From an uncultured Pseudomonadota bacterium (GTDB lineage Bacteria; Pseudomonadota; Gammaproteobacteria; Steroidobacterales; Steroidobacteraceae), in contig CAVTQT010000002.1 in assembly GCA_963736955.1 (NCBI GenBank), positions 248,302 through 312,301 of the forward strand: a stretch of DNA of 64,000 nucleotides. Direction: 5' to 3'. Both the position numbers and the translations under genes were made by a program. Below, one piece after another: positions 30,888-39,463 of the stretch; the first letter of the stretch is position 1; every line of letters begins with the position of its first letter. Below the pieces are notes generated by a model. That model was not told the origin of the DNA. It made no database searches and worked only from the letters and a program-made list of their open reading frames with translations.

Positions 30888-30985
30888 TCTCGTACGGCGC
30901 GGCCGCTGTTCTTCGCGGTCGCGCTGCCGTTCAATGATCGCGCTTCTCTTTCGCCTACAAGCTATCCGCCAACGGATGACATCGC

Positions 30986-31774
30986 ATGCGTAGTAGTAAG
31001 GCCATCATCGGAACCGCGCGACGGCTGATTCTCGCTGTGGTGTTTGCGTTCAGTGTTCCGGCGGTATTCGCGCAGGCGCCGCCCGCGGGCAGTCGTGACG
31101 ATCTGGACGTCACGATGCGAACAATCGGGAATCCGGATGCGAATAGACCCAGACGAGATCGTGCGCAAGATTCCGCCGCCCAAGGCAAAAAAGCGGGCCA
31201 AGGGAACAGACGATCGTGCCGACGACCTCGCCAGCCCAGGCGAGAACGGCGATGGCGACCAAGGGGGCTCAGCGGTCGATCCCGAAAGTCCCGTCGTCCC
31301 AATTGTCCCAGTCGTACCCGACGTACCCGACGCGCCCGCCGCGCCCGACGATACCGGCACACCCGTTCATCCAAATCCAAGCCCAGGCCCAGGTCCGAGT
31401 CCAAGTCCAAGTCCAGGTCCCGGTTCGGATCCGGGAGTACCTGATCATGGCGGTCCAGGAAATGGTCCGGGCAATGGTCCGGGCAACGGGGACGATCACT
31501 CGCCTGGTGGTCCCAAGTCAAAACCGCCCAACCCAAAACATCCCGACCCAAAGCCGCCCGGTCCAAAGGACCCCGGTCCAAAGGATCCCCGGTCCAAAGG
31601 ACACCCAGGACTCCAAAGGATCACGGTCCAAAGGATCACGGTCCAAAGGATCACGGTCCAAAGGACCCCGGTCCAAAGGATCACGGCCCGAAGGACCCTG
31701 GTCCAAAGGATCACGGACCAAAGGACCATGGTCCAAAAGACCACGGTCCAAAGCATGGCCCCGGGCCGGGCTGA
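30986..31774 (+). pseudogene. secreted low-complexity Pro/Gly/Asp/His-rich protein ending in (GPKD[HP])n repeats; reading requires three +1 frame changes
   Basis: The signal peptide is MRSSKAIIGTARRLILAVVFAFSVPAVFA|QAPP (frame of 30986). Then DPDEIVRKIPPPKAKK…PSPGPGPSPSPSPGPG…GPGNGPGNGPGNG…PKHPDPKPPGPKDPGPKDP reads in the frame of 31044. GPKDHGPKDHGPKDHGPKDPGPKDH…GPKHGPGPG* returns to the first frame. TGA is at 31772-74. Confidence 0.5.
31560..31759. repeat. tandem 15-nt repeat array, about 13 units of GGTCCAAAGGA(T/C)C(A/C)C
   Basis: Directly visible. Units start at 31560, 31575, 31591, 31608 (variant), 31625, 31640, 31655, 31670, 31685, 31700, 31715, 31730 and 31745. Unit 2 is 16 nt, and units 3+4 total 34 nt. 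Confidence 0.9.
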
Positions 31775-33035
31775 TGAAGCGTCGCGCTTTGCGGCGATCA
31801 TCGCTTTCCTCGGATTCGCGCTGTTAGGGGGACCGCCCGTCTGGGCCTCGAGCGAAGAGGCCCTGGCGCATTTCACCGAGGGTCAGGCGGCGTTCGCAGC
31901 TGAAGACTTTTCCAAAGCGCGCGCGCACTTCGAGCAGGCGCTGGCGGCCGGGATGGAAGGTCCCGCTATCCAATACAACATTGGAGCCGCAGCCTACCTC
32001 GGAGGAGACCTGCCGCGCGCCGAACGCGCGTTCCTCGAAGTCGCGCGCACGCCGGCAATGGCCGCGCTGGCTCACTACAACCTCGGCCTCGTGGCTCTGC
32101 AACGCCGCGACGAGCGCGAAGCCCGCGACTGGTTCGAGCAAACTACCCAGGATGTTCCGGATGAGCGCCTGGCCGCTCTCGCGTTGGAGCGTCTCGCTGA
32201 GTTACCGGAGGCGCGCGCCCCGGGATACTTCTCGTACTACACGCGAGCCGGTGCCGGTTACGACGACAATATCTCGCTGCGATCGGGTTCGATCGAGAGC
32301 TCGGCAACTGGCGATGAAGATTCGTACGGCGAGCTCATCTTCGGGGGCAGCTATTCATTTGGCGACTGGCGAGTCGATACGGCCGCGGCAATGCTCCGGT
32401 ACACGCACGTCGATGAATTCAACCAGACCGCATTTTCTCTGGGCGGTGCACGCGGCTTCAGGCTGGAAAATTGGTACTTCGAGCTCGGTGCGTACGGCTC
32501 GCAATTTTCACTCGGCGGAGAGGTCTTCGAGCAAAACGTGGCGGTCGGAGCGCAGGCGTCGCGCGCGTTTTACAACGGAAGCCGGCTGAGCGCGCAACTT
32601 CGCGCCACCTCGGTTGACGGCAAGGGCGACTTCCTGGGTCTGACCGGCGATCGCACCGAAGCCGGCGTGTACTACGACTTGACGTGGCGGTCGTGGAACT
32701 TCGGCGCGCATACACGTGCAGAATTCAACGACAGCGAAGATCCGATTTTCGCAACGCGATGGCTGCAACTCGGAGCAGAGGCGCGTTACGCGTGGTCGCC
32801 GACCTGGGGATTCATGGCGATTACCTCACTGCGGCGTACCACACACCCCGCGCAATCCGAGACATTGAGCGGGTGGGACGACAACCGGGCGACGATCCAG
32901 GTGGGCGCCACGCGATCACTCTGGAAGCAGGCGCAGCTGTTCGTGCGTTTCGAGCACGAGCGCAACGATTCACCGGTCGCGGGTTATGACTACGTCCGCA
33001 ACTGGGTCGCGGCTTCCGTCGAGTACTGGCGCTAG
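31755..33035 (+). CDS. TPR + outer-membrane beta-barrel protein (Slam/DUF560-like architecture)
   Basis: An internal signal-peptide-like segment is FAAIIAFLGFALLGGPPVWA|SSEE. About 3 TPR-like helical repeats follow, then an alternating-hydrophobic barrel region starting …YTRAGAGYDDNISL and ending …ASVEYWR. The start is ATG 31755 (in frame) or ATG 31774 (MKRR…, overlapping the upstream TGA as TGATG), which needs a 1-nt indel. Confidence 0.65.
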   Translation: MAPGRADEASRFAAIIAFLGFALLGGPPVWASSEEALAHFTEGQAAFAAEDFSKARAHFEQALAAGMEGPAIQYNIGAAAYLGGDLPRAERAFLEVARTPAMAALAHYNLGLVALQRRDEREARDWFEQTTQDVPDERLAALALERLAELPEARAPGYFSYYTRAGAGYDDNISLRSGSIESSATGDEDSYGELIFGGSYSFGDWRVDTAAAMLRYTHVDEFNQTAFSLGGARGFRLENWYFELGAYGSQFSLGGEVFEQNVAVGAQASRAFYNGSRLSAQLRATSVDGKGDFLGLTGDRTEAGVYYDLTWRSWNFGAHTRAEFNDSEDPIFATRWLQLGAEARYAWSPTWGFMAITSLRRTTHPAQSETLSGWDDNRATIQVGATRSLWKQAQLFVRFEHERNDSPVAGYDYVRNWVAASVEYWR

Positions 33036-33421
33036 CGCGCGACCGCTTCGATGTTGTTGCCGTCCGGATCGAGCACGAATGCACCGTAGTAGGGATTGCT
33101 CGCGCCCTCACGTGGACCCGGTTTGCCGTTGTCACGTCCGCCGGCCGCCATCGCGGCGCGATAGAACTCATCGACCATCGCCTTGTCCTTCGCCGCAAAC
33201 GCCACGTGCATCTGGTTGATGCCGGCGCGCGAGCCTTCGACCCAGTACGACGGGCGAAGCGTCCCAATCCACAGATAGGGAATCTGCCCGGGGCCTCGGC
33301 CTAACAAGAAGAAATCCTTGTGAGGCGTGACGATGCCGAGACCCAGCGCATTGGCGACCGCATCGTAGAACTTGCGGGCCTTGGGGAGATCGGACACGAC
33401 GATGCCGGTGTGATCGAGCAT
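33032..33421 (-). CDS. VOC (glyoxalase/bleomycin-resistance/dioxygenase) family protein
   Basis: 129 aa. The N-terminus is MLDHTGIVVSDLPKARKFY and the C-terminus is …DPDGNNIEAV. Confidence 0.8.
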   Translation of the reverse strand: MLDHTGIVVSDLPKARKFYDAVANALGLGIVTPHKDFFLLGRGPGQIPYLWIGTLRPSYWVEGSRAGINQMHVAFAAKDKAMVDEFYRAAMAAGGRDNGKPGPREGASNPYYGAFVLDPDGNNIEAVAR

Positions 33422-33526
33422 GGGCGGCTCCTTGATTTCAAGTGAGCCCCAAGCGTACGCATCGCGCGAATGGCCATCCTTCGGCCGCGGGTGCCAGCAC
33501 GCGTCGGAACGTGCTGACGGGTGTCC

Positions 33527-34409
33527 CTATTTCGTGCCCACCGCTCCGGCGCTCACGACACTCGGCACACCCTGCGCCTCCATCCACTTGCGAATGCGCC
33601 TCGCATCCGCAGTGCGCGTCAAACTACCGAACGAGTTCAGGAACACCATGTCGACGACACGATCATCGATCATGGTTTGCATGACGAGACACTGGCCCGC
33701 GTCGTTGGTGAAGCCCGTCTTCTGCACGAGGATCTTCCAGTCAGACTTGCCGATCAGCAGATTGGTATTGCGATAAACAAACGGTCGCTTGCCCAGGCGA
33801 ACTTCATGGCTGGGCAGCGTCGAGTATTCGCGGATGACGGAATTGCGCGTTGTCGCGTTGACGAGTTTCACCAGGTCTCGCGCACTCGACACATTGAGAC
33901 TCGACAATCCGGACGGGTCGTCGAAGTGCGTCTGCGTCATGCCGAGCGCCTTGGCCTTCAGGTTCATCGTGCGGACGAACGCGGACATCCCGCCGGGGTA
34001 GTTGCGCGCGAGGGTGCGCGCGGCGAGGTTCTCGGAGGCCATCAACGCAAGCCGCAGCAGATCACCGCGCGTCAGTTTTGTCGCCATTGGGGAGATGTGA
34101 GAAGGCGCCTTTGCCTTTCCAGCGATCCTCCGCCTTGATGGTGATGACTTCGTCGAGCGACTGCAGGCCGTCGAGCACGACGAGCGCGGTCATGAGCTTG
34201 GTGATCGACGCGATGGGCGTGACCAGCTTCGGCTGGCGCTCGAAGATCAATTCGCCGGTGTTGCCGTCGACCACCAGTACGGACGCGGATCGTACTTCTG
34301 GCGTAGCGCCGGGCTTGGGCGATGCGGCATTCGCGCTGGGTCCGAAACCGAGCAGGCACGCAATCAGCGCGCCCGCGAAAATCGCGCCACCGTAGAGACC
34401 TCGCTGCAT
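33527..34409 (-). pseudogene. D-alanyl-D-alanine endopeptidase/carboxypeptidase (S11, PbpG-like), one frame disruption near 34085
   Basis: SxxK (SITKLMT) lies in the 34062-34499 ORF. SxN (ASEN) and KTG (QKTGFT) lie in the 33527-34087 ORF. The signal peptide starts at MQRGLYGG…. Confidence 0.8.
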
Positions 34410-34465
34410 CTTCCCCTGCTCCCACCGCCGAATCATTCCAGGAAGCGATGGTAAGCCGAAGTGCA

Positions 34466-35396
34466 TCACTCTGCACGCGCGCCGAATCGCTCGAACCACG
34501 CAACGGTGGCTGCGTCACGCTCCGCGCCGCGTCCGCCGATGACGTGCTGCTGCCCTTCGAAAACCCTGAACTCGTGCAGCTTGTCGAGTCGCGAGAGCTC
34601 GGCATCCATGCGTTGCGACTGCGATAGGGGAATGTCCTCATCCGCTCCACCATGCATGATGAGCAACGGCAGGTTGATCTTGTCCGCCCACCGCAGCGCA
34701 GAGCGCGTTCGATAGAGTTCCTCGCGATTGTTCTCGTACTGGGGCCAGATCGAGGTGGCGGCCCCGGCCTGAGGACCCGCGGCCAGCAAGGGCTGGAGAT
34801 CTGTGAAAGCTCCCCACACGGCTGCTGCCCGCGCCGGAAATCCGTCGCGCAGTGCCATATAAACCATGGCGCCCCCGCGCGATTCTCCCGCCAGGAAGAG
34901 CCGCGAGGGGTCGGCACCCTGGATGCGCGCGATTTCGCGCGGCAGATTCAGGAGGTCGTGCAGGTCCGCACCACCGAGCTCATCGCGCCCTGCCCAGCCA
35001 TTGCTGCCGCGATACTGGGGCGCGACGACGATGAAGCCAGCTTCGGCGAAGCGATGCGCCATCACCAGCATCTCGCCGGCGAAACCCTTCGGGCCGCACG
35101 TAGCTGCCGCGATTGAAGATGACGACGGGCATTCGCTCACGGTGCGGCTCCCGTGCACGGTAGAGATAGGCGCCAACGGTCAGGCCATCGCTCACATAGG
35201 TGAATTGCTGAAAGAGGAAACGACCGTCCGCGCGTGCCGCTTCGTACGCTTCGCGGCTGGAAGCCCAGCCGATGCCGCGATCGCTCTCGTAGTCCGGTAT
35301 CTCAACCGTTTTCAGGTTGGGCAATTCCTCGGCCTGGCGAGGGTTACCGGCGCATGCAGCCAGTACCAGGATGCAAACAGCAATCAGCATCTTCAT
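34466..35396 (-). pseudogene. alpha/beta hydrolase (S9 peptidase/dienelactone hydrolase-like) lipoprotein, one frame disruption near 35085
   Basis: The lipobox is LVLAAC. The N-terminal fragment ends …PVVIFNRGSYVRPEGF. The second ORF carries …APQYRGSNGW…, the nucleophile elbow GESRGG and …LLIMHGGADEDIP. Confidence 0.7.
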
Positions 35397-35503
35397 GTGG
35401 GTTCTCCCGATCGAATACCCACATCACGAAATCCCCGCGTCCCGGGTTGCGGCACGGACCTCGGCCGGCCGCATCGGGCAATCGCTTCGGCGCCGGTCGT
35501 CGG

Positions 35504-36427
35504 TTACGTCTTGGCGTACTGACTGATCTCGGCGTATTCGCGGCCGTTGGCATAGTCGCCCGCCGCGCGGCGTGCCCGAAACTCGCGCCACTTGATCGGG
35601 TGATAACGCGGCGGGCGCCGCGCGTTCACGGTGGAGGGCAGCGGCGCGTACTCGGCGCTGTACTCCGGATTGAAAAAGAACGGGACGCTGAAGCGCTCCT
35701 GGCTGGAGTCGACTATCGCGCGGTGCAGCGGCGCGATGTATCTGTCGTTGGACAACACCTGCGCGATGTCGCCGAGGTTCACGACCAGCAAGTCCGGATG
35801 CGGCTCGACGGGCCACCACACGTCCCTGTAAAAAATCTGGAGCCCTGGCTGCTCGTCCTGCAACAACAGGGTGATCGCGCCGGCGTCGGTGTGCGGATTC
35901 ACGCCGAGATGTCCGGCGAGATTCATCGCGCAGCGCGGGTAGTGGTTCAGGCGCACGAAGCTCGTATGCTGGGGGCGAAAGTGCACATCGAGAAAGTCCG
36001 GCGGCATTCCGAGATTGCGCGCCATGATCCGCAACAAGCGGATCGCGAGCGCATCACAGGCTTCGTAGTACGCCTGGATCACCGGCTTGAACGCGGGCAG
36101 CCCCGAAGGCCATTGCGGCGCGATCGCTTCGCCATCCGCGGGACCGTAGTCGTAGACCTCTTTCCAGTCGCGCATATAGCGAGTGAGTTCGCGGTCGTAA
36201 TAACCCCAGGGATTCTCGGCGGTCCGCGAGATCGCCAGCTTCACCGCGTTGGGTTGCGCAAACAGCGCGCGCATCTGTCGGCGCAATGCGGCGATGAGGC
36301 GCGTATCGATGCCGTGCCCGGCGATCTGGAATACGCCCGAGTCGCGGCAGGCGGCGTCGATCTCACGATGCGTCTGCGCCCGCTCGGAGTGGGAAATGTC
36401 GATGATCGGGGGAAAGTGACTGCTCAT
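35504..36427 (-). CDS. 2OG-Fe(II) oxygenase (isopenicillin N synthase family)
   Basis: The N-terminus is …FPPIIDIS… The HxD region is NPHTDAGAITLLLQD. Downstream are …VVNLGD…SNDRY…HR. Confidence 0.8.
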   Translation of the reverse strand: MSSHFPPIIDISHSERAQTHREIDAACRDSGVFQIAGHGIDTRLIAALRRQMRALFAQPNAVKLAISRTAENPWGYYDRELTRYMRDWKEVYDYGPADGEAIAPQWPSGLPAFKPVIQAYYEACDALAIRLLRIMARNLGMPPDFLDVHFRPQHTSFVRLNHYPRCAMNLAGHLGVNPHTDAGAITLLLQDEQPGLQIFYRDVWWPVEPHPDLLVVNLGDIAQVLSNDRYIAPLHRAIVDSSQERFSVPFFFNPEYSAEYAPLPSTVNARRPPRYHPIKWREFRARRAAGDYANGREYAEISQYAKT

Positions 36428-36438
36428 CGCGTGCTCCG

Positions 36439-36900
36439 CTAGGCCTGCTTGCGCGGCTGCAACCACTTCGGCAGCAGCGTGTACGGGTCGAGCTTGCTCA
36501 CGCGGTCGTAACTCACGCCGCTCTTGTCCAGCCGTGCCTGAAACGAGCCATTGCGCCAGGCATCAAAAGTATCGGTGGCTCCGCCGATGTGCTCGCCACC
36601 CACGAAAATCTGCGGCAGCGTTTTCGCGCCGGTGCGATCGGCGAGCACGCCGCGGATCCTGCCGCCCAGATCTTCCTTCTGGAACTCGACCGAGTCGACG
36701 TCGACGCTGCGATACGCAATGCCAAGCTGCTTGAACAGCTTGCGCACCGACCAGCAGAATTCGCACCACTCCAGCGCGAACATCACGACGGGCTCTTTCT
36801 CGAGCACTTCGCTGACGAAGCGCGCCGCGGCGGGATCGACCGCCACTTTCTCCGCAGCCACAGGAGCTGGCGCAGTGCGCTGGCGCAGGAGCCGGCGCAT
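36439..36900 (-). CDS. glutaredoxin-like protein with N- and C-terminal extensions
   Basis: The redox site is a CxxC-type site (WCEFCW). The family tail is TLPQIFVGGEHIGGATD. Confidence 0.6.
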   Translation of the reverse strand: MRRLLRQRTAPAPVAAEKVAVDPAAARFVSEVLEKEPVVMFALEWCEFCWSVRKLFKQLGIAYRSVDVDSVEFQKEDLGGRIRGVLADRTGAKTLPQIFVGGEHIGGATDTFDAWRNGSFQARLDKSGVSYDRVSKLDPYTLLPKWLQPRKQA

Positions 36901-37939
36901 CGAATCTGCACAGCGGCGTCGAGCGCGATACTTCCCACTCCTCGGCCGTCATTTCCTCGCCGATGTTTTCGAACAGCGGCGTCGAGAGATATCGCTCGCC
37001 CGTGTCGGGCAGCATGCACACGATGGTCGAGCCAGGCGCAGCGCGCCGCGCGACGTCGAGCGCGGCGGCGAGCGTCGCGCCGCTCGAGGTGCCGACGAAA
37101 ATGCCCTCCTTCTGCGCGAGCTCGCGCGAGAGACGCAGCGCGTCGGCGCCGGCCACCGGCACGATCTCGTCGATCAGGCCGGCTTCGACCGCCTGTTCGG
37201 TCAGTGTCGAAATGAAATCCGGCGCCCAGCCCTGCATGAGGTGCGGGCGGAATCGCGGATGGCTTCCCGCCGGGCCACCGGAGGTATCGCGCGCCTGCGG
37301 GATGCCGCTGCCTAACACCTGCGAGTTGTCAGGCTCCGCGGCGACGATGCGCGTGCCCGGCCGCGAGCGCTTCAGTTCGCTGGCCACGCCTTTCAGCGTT
37401 CCGCCCGTGCCGAAGCCGGTGACGAAATAGTCGAGTCGCTGATCGGCAAAGTCGTTGATGATCTCGCGCGCGGTGGTGCGCGAGTGGACCTCAGCGTTGG
37501 CGGGATTCTCGAACTGCCGGCACAGGAACCAGCCATGAGTCATCGAGAGCTCGACGGCCTTCGCGAGCATGCCACTTCCCTTCTCGGCCGCGGGCGTCAA
37601 CACCACCTTCGCGCCGAGGAAACGCAGCAGCTTGCGGCGCTCGACGCTGAAGCTCTCGGCCATGGTGACGACGAGTGGATAGCCCTTCTGCGCGCACACC
37701 ATCGCGAGCCCGATGCCGGTATTGCCGCTCGTGGCTTCGATGACGGTCTGTCCTGGTTTCAACGCGCCGCTGCGTTCGGCGTCTTCGATGACGGCGCGCG
37801 CCATGCGATCCTTCACCGATCCCATCGGGTTGAATGCCTCCACCTTGACGTACACATTGACGCCAGGTGGGGCGAGTTTGTTGAGCCTGACAACCGGCGT
37901 ATTGCCGATGGTTTCGAGGATGTTCTGGTAGCGGGCCAT
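36563..37939 (-). CDS. PLP-dependent cysteine synthase family protein; the literal ORF has no stop before 36563 and runs about 340 nt into the glutaredoxin gene
   Basis: The start is MARYQNILETIGNTPVVRL… The PLP-Lys motif is NPMGSVKDR. Other motifs are SGNTG and GTGGT, with …DTGERYLSTPLF near 36965. Beyond that the frame reads Arg-rich shadow sequence. Confidence 0.8.
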   Translation of the reverse strand: MARYQNILETIGNTPVVRLNKLAPPGVNVYVKVEAFNPMGSVKDRMARAVIEDAERSGALKPGQTVIEATSGNTGIGLAMVCAQKGYPLVVTMAESFSVERRKLLRFLGAKVVLTPAAEKGSGMLAKAVELSMTHGWFLCRQFENPANAEVHSRTTAREIINDFADQRLDYFVTGFGTGGTLKGVASELKRSRPGTRIVAAEPDNSQVLGSGIPQARDTSGGPAGSHPRFRPHLMQGWAPDFISTLTEQAVEAGLIDEIVPVAGADALRLSRELAQKEGIFVGTSSGATLAAALDVARRAAPGSTIVCMLPDTGERYLSTPLFENIGEEMTAEEWEVSRSTPLCRFDAPAPAPAHCASSCGCGESGGRSRRGALRQRSARERARRDVRAGVVRILLVGAQAVQAAWHCVSQRRRRLGRVPEGRSGRQDPRRARRSHRRENAAADFRGWRAHRRSHRYF

Positions 37940-37998
37940 GGGGATCTCCTGAGCTTTCAGGAAGCCTAAAGTACGCCCGTGGGAACCAGCGTGGGAAT

Positions 37999-38040
37999 TG
38001 GGGTCAGGCCCCGATTTCCAGGAATCGGGGCCTGACCCCA
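37999..38040. repeat. REP-like perfect palindrome (18-bp arms)
   Basis: TGGGGTCAGGCCCCGATT tccagg AATCGGGGCCTGACCCCA lies between the cysteine synthase start and the stop of the MBL-fold gene. Confidence 0.8.
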
Positions 38041-38041
38041 T

Positions 38042-38788
38042 TTACGCCGCGAGTTGGTGCCGCGTCTTCGCCAGCGATACGCCGAGCTCGCGCAGCAGCT
38101 TCGCCCCATCGCCGCGCCAAGCACTGCCATGCATGCAAGCCAGCGTCGCCGGCTGTTCGCGTGCGAGCCGTTCGAGAATGGCCGTGGTCGTCGGCGCGTG
38201 CGCGTAATAGTCCATGGGCGTGCGGAACGCTTCGCTGGGTCCCAGGATGTCGCTCTCGCTGATCGCCACCTCTCCGCTGCCACCCTGCGTAAACAGATCG
38301 CCGCAGAAGAAGGTGCGCGTGGTCATGTCCATCAGCAATCCGCACTCCCAGGAATGCGGCATGTGAGGCGTATCGAACCACTTCAGCGTGTGCCGGCCGA
38401 GCGCCAGCTCTGCACCATCGGCGAGTGCGTGCGGCGCGCGGTCGGCGAAGTCGCCAATCGCCACCATCGCCGCCACCTGACTGCACACCGGCACGGCCTG
38501 CGGCGCGGCCGCAAGAAACAGGTTCAGCGCGCCGCATTCATCGGCTTCGAAGTGCGACAGCCCGAGATACTTGAGCTTCTCGAGCGGCATCACGGCGCGA
38601 ACGGCCTCCGAGACGACCGGAAACAACTGCCGCTGGCCGGTGTGAAACAGCATCGGCGCGTCATCGACGATCAGGTACTGGTTGAAACTGAACTGCCCGG
38701 CGCCCGGGATGCTCACGGGCGTGTTGATTCTGAAGATGCCGTCCGCCACTTCCTGGATGTTGGTGCCGGACTGAGTGTTGGTGATCAT
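38042..38788 (-). CDS. MBL-fold metallo-hydrolase-like protein (ODP/di-iron-like)
   Basis: 248 aa with …YLIVDDAPMLFHTG… and the LSHFEADECG metal-ligand-type motif. Confidence 0.65.
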   Translation of the reverse strand: MITNTQSGTNIQEVADGIFRINTPVSIPGAGQFSFNQYLIVDDAPMLFHTGQRQLFPVVSEAVRAVMPLEKLKYLGLSHFEADECGALNLFLAAAPQAVPVCSQVAAMVAIGDFADRAPHALADGAELALGRHTLKWFDTPHMPHSWECGLLMDMTTRTFFCGDLFTQGGSGEVAISESDILGPSEAFRTPMDYYAHAPTTTAILERLAREQPATLACMHGSAWRGDGAKLLRELGVSLAKTRHQLAA

Positions 38789-38815
38789 GGTGACTCCGTT
38801 GCTGAGTCACAGGGA

Positions 38816-38842
38816 GTGTAACGACGGGCGCCGTCGTTACAC
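38816..38842. promoter_or_regulatory. perfect 12-3-12 palindrome in a divergent promoter region
   Basis: GTGTAACGACGG gcg CCGTCGTTACAC lies between the MBL-fold gene (start 38788, minus) and the ECF sigma gene (38852, plus). Confidence 0.3.
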
Positions 38843-38851
38843 TTCCCCTGC

Positions 38852-39463
38852 ATGGACCTAGGCCTTTCGATCGAGACCCGCGGCTTTTATGCTCCGCGGG
38901 TGCAGGAGATACCACCCGACATCGACGCCGAGCTGGCGCGCCGGATCGCAGCCGGCGATCCCGAAGCCGAGGCGCCGTTCTGCCGGCGTTTCGCGCCGCG
39001 CATTCGCCTGTTCGGGCTGAAACGTCTGCGCAATGACGCCGCGGCAGCCGATCTCGTGCAGGACGTGCTGATTGTGGCGCTGCAGAAGCTGCGTGCCGGC
39101 GCCGTGCGCGAGCCCGAGCGCATTGCCTCATTCATGTTAGGCATGGCACGCCAGATGATGCTCGACTCCAAGCGCAACAGCGGACGGCGCGAGCGCATTC
39201 TCAATGAATTCCCGATCGATCTGATTCCGGTCGAAGAACCCGCGGCGGAGGAACCGGATGAAGCCCGACTGCAACATTGTTTGCAGGCGCTGCCGGAGCG
39301 CGAGCGTAGCGTGCTCGTCATGACGTTCTACGACGACTGTCCGGCCGACGCGCTGGGTACGCAACTCGGGCTGTCGACGGGCAATGTGCGGGTGATTCGC
39401 CATCGCGGGCTGCAACACCTGCGTGACTGCCTGGAAAATGCGGAGGTGCGCGATGACTCCTGA
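38852..39463 (+). CDS. ECF-type sigma-70 family RNA polymerase sigma factor
   Basis: Region 2 is …DLVQDVLIVALQKL… Region 4 is …LPERERSVLVMTFYDDCPADALGTQLGLSTGNVRVIRHRGLQHLR. ATG 38852 lacks an RBS, so GTG 38900 is an alternative start. Confidence 0.8.
   Translation: MDLGLSIETRGFYAPRVQEIPPDIDAELARRIAAGDPEAEAPFCRRFAPRIRLFGLKRLRNDAAAADLVQDVLIVALQKLRAGAVREPERIASFMLGMARQMMLDSKRNSGRRERILNEFPIDLIPVEEPAAEEPDEARLQHCLQALPERERSVLVMTFYDDCPADALGTQLGLSTGNVRVIRHRGLQHLRDCLENAEVRDDS

Noticed and set aside
31560-31759. The short tandem repeats could be a CRISPR array or a collagen-like (G-X-Y) gene.
   Set aside because: The units are contiguous 15-mers with no spacers, so this is not a CRISPR array. The period is five residues with one Gly per unit, not Gly every third residue, so it is not collagen-like.
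31044-33035. A single 663-aa ORF spanning the repeat region and the OMP, reading the 15-nt repeats as (QRITV)n.
   Set aside because: It has no N-terminal signal peptide. It contains an internal signal-peptide-like core right where the OMP should begin. The same repeat unit is read as GPKDx in the two units that are unambiguously in the well-behaved upstream frame. It is best explained as a fusion artefact of +1 indels.
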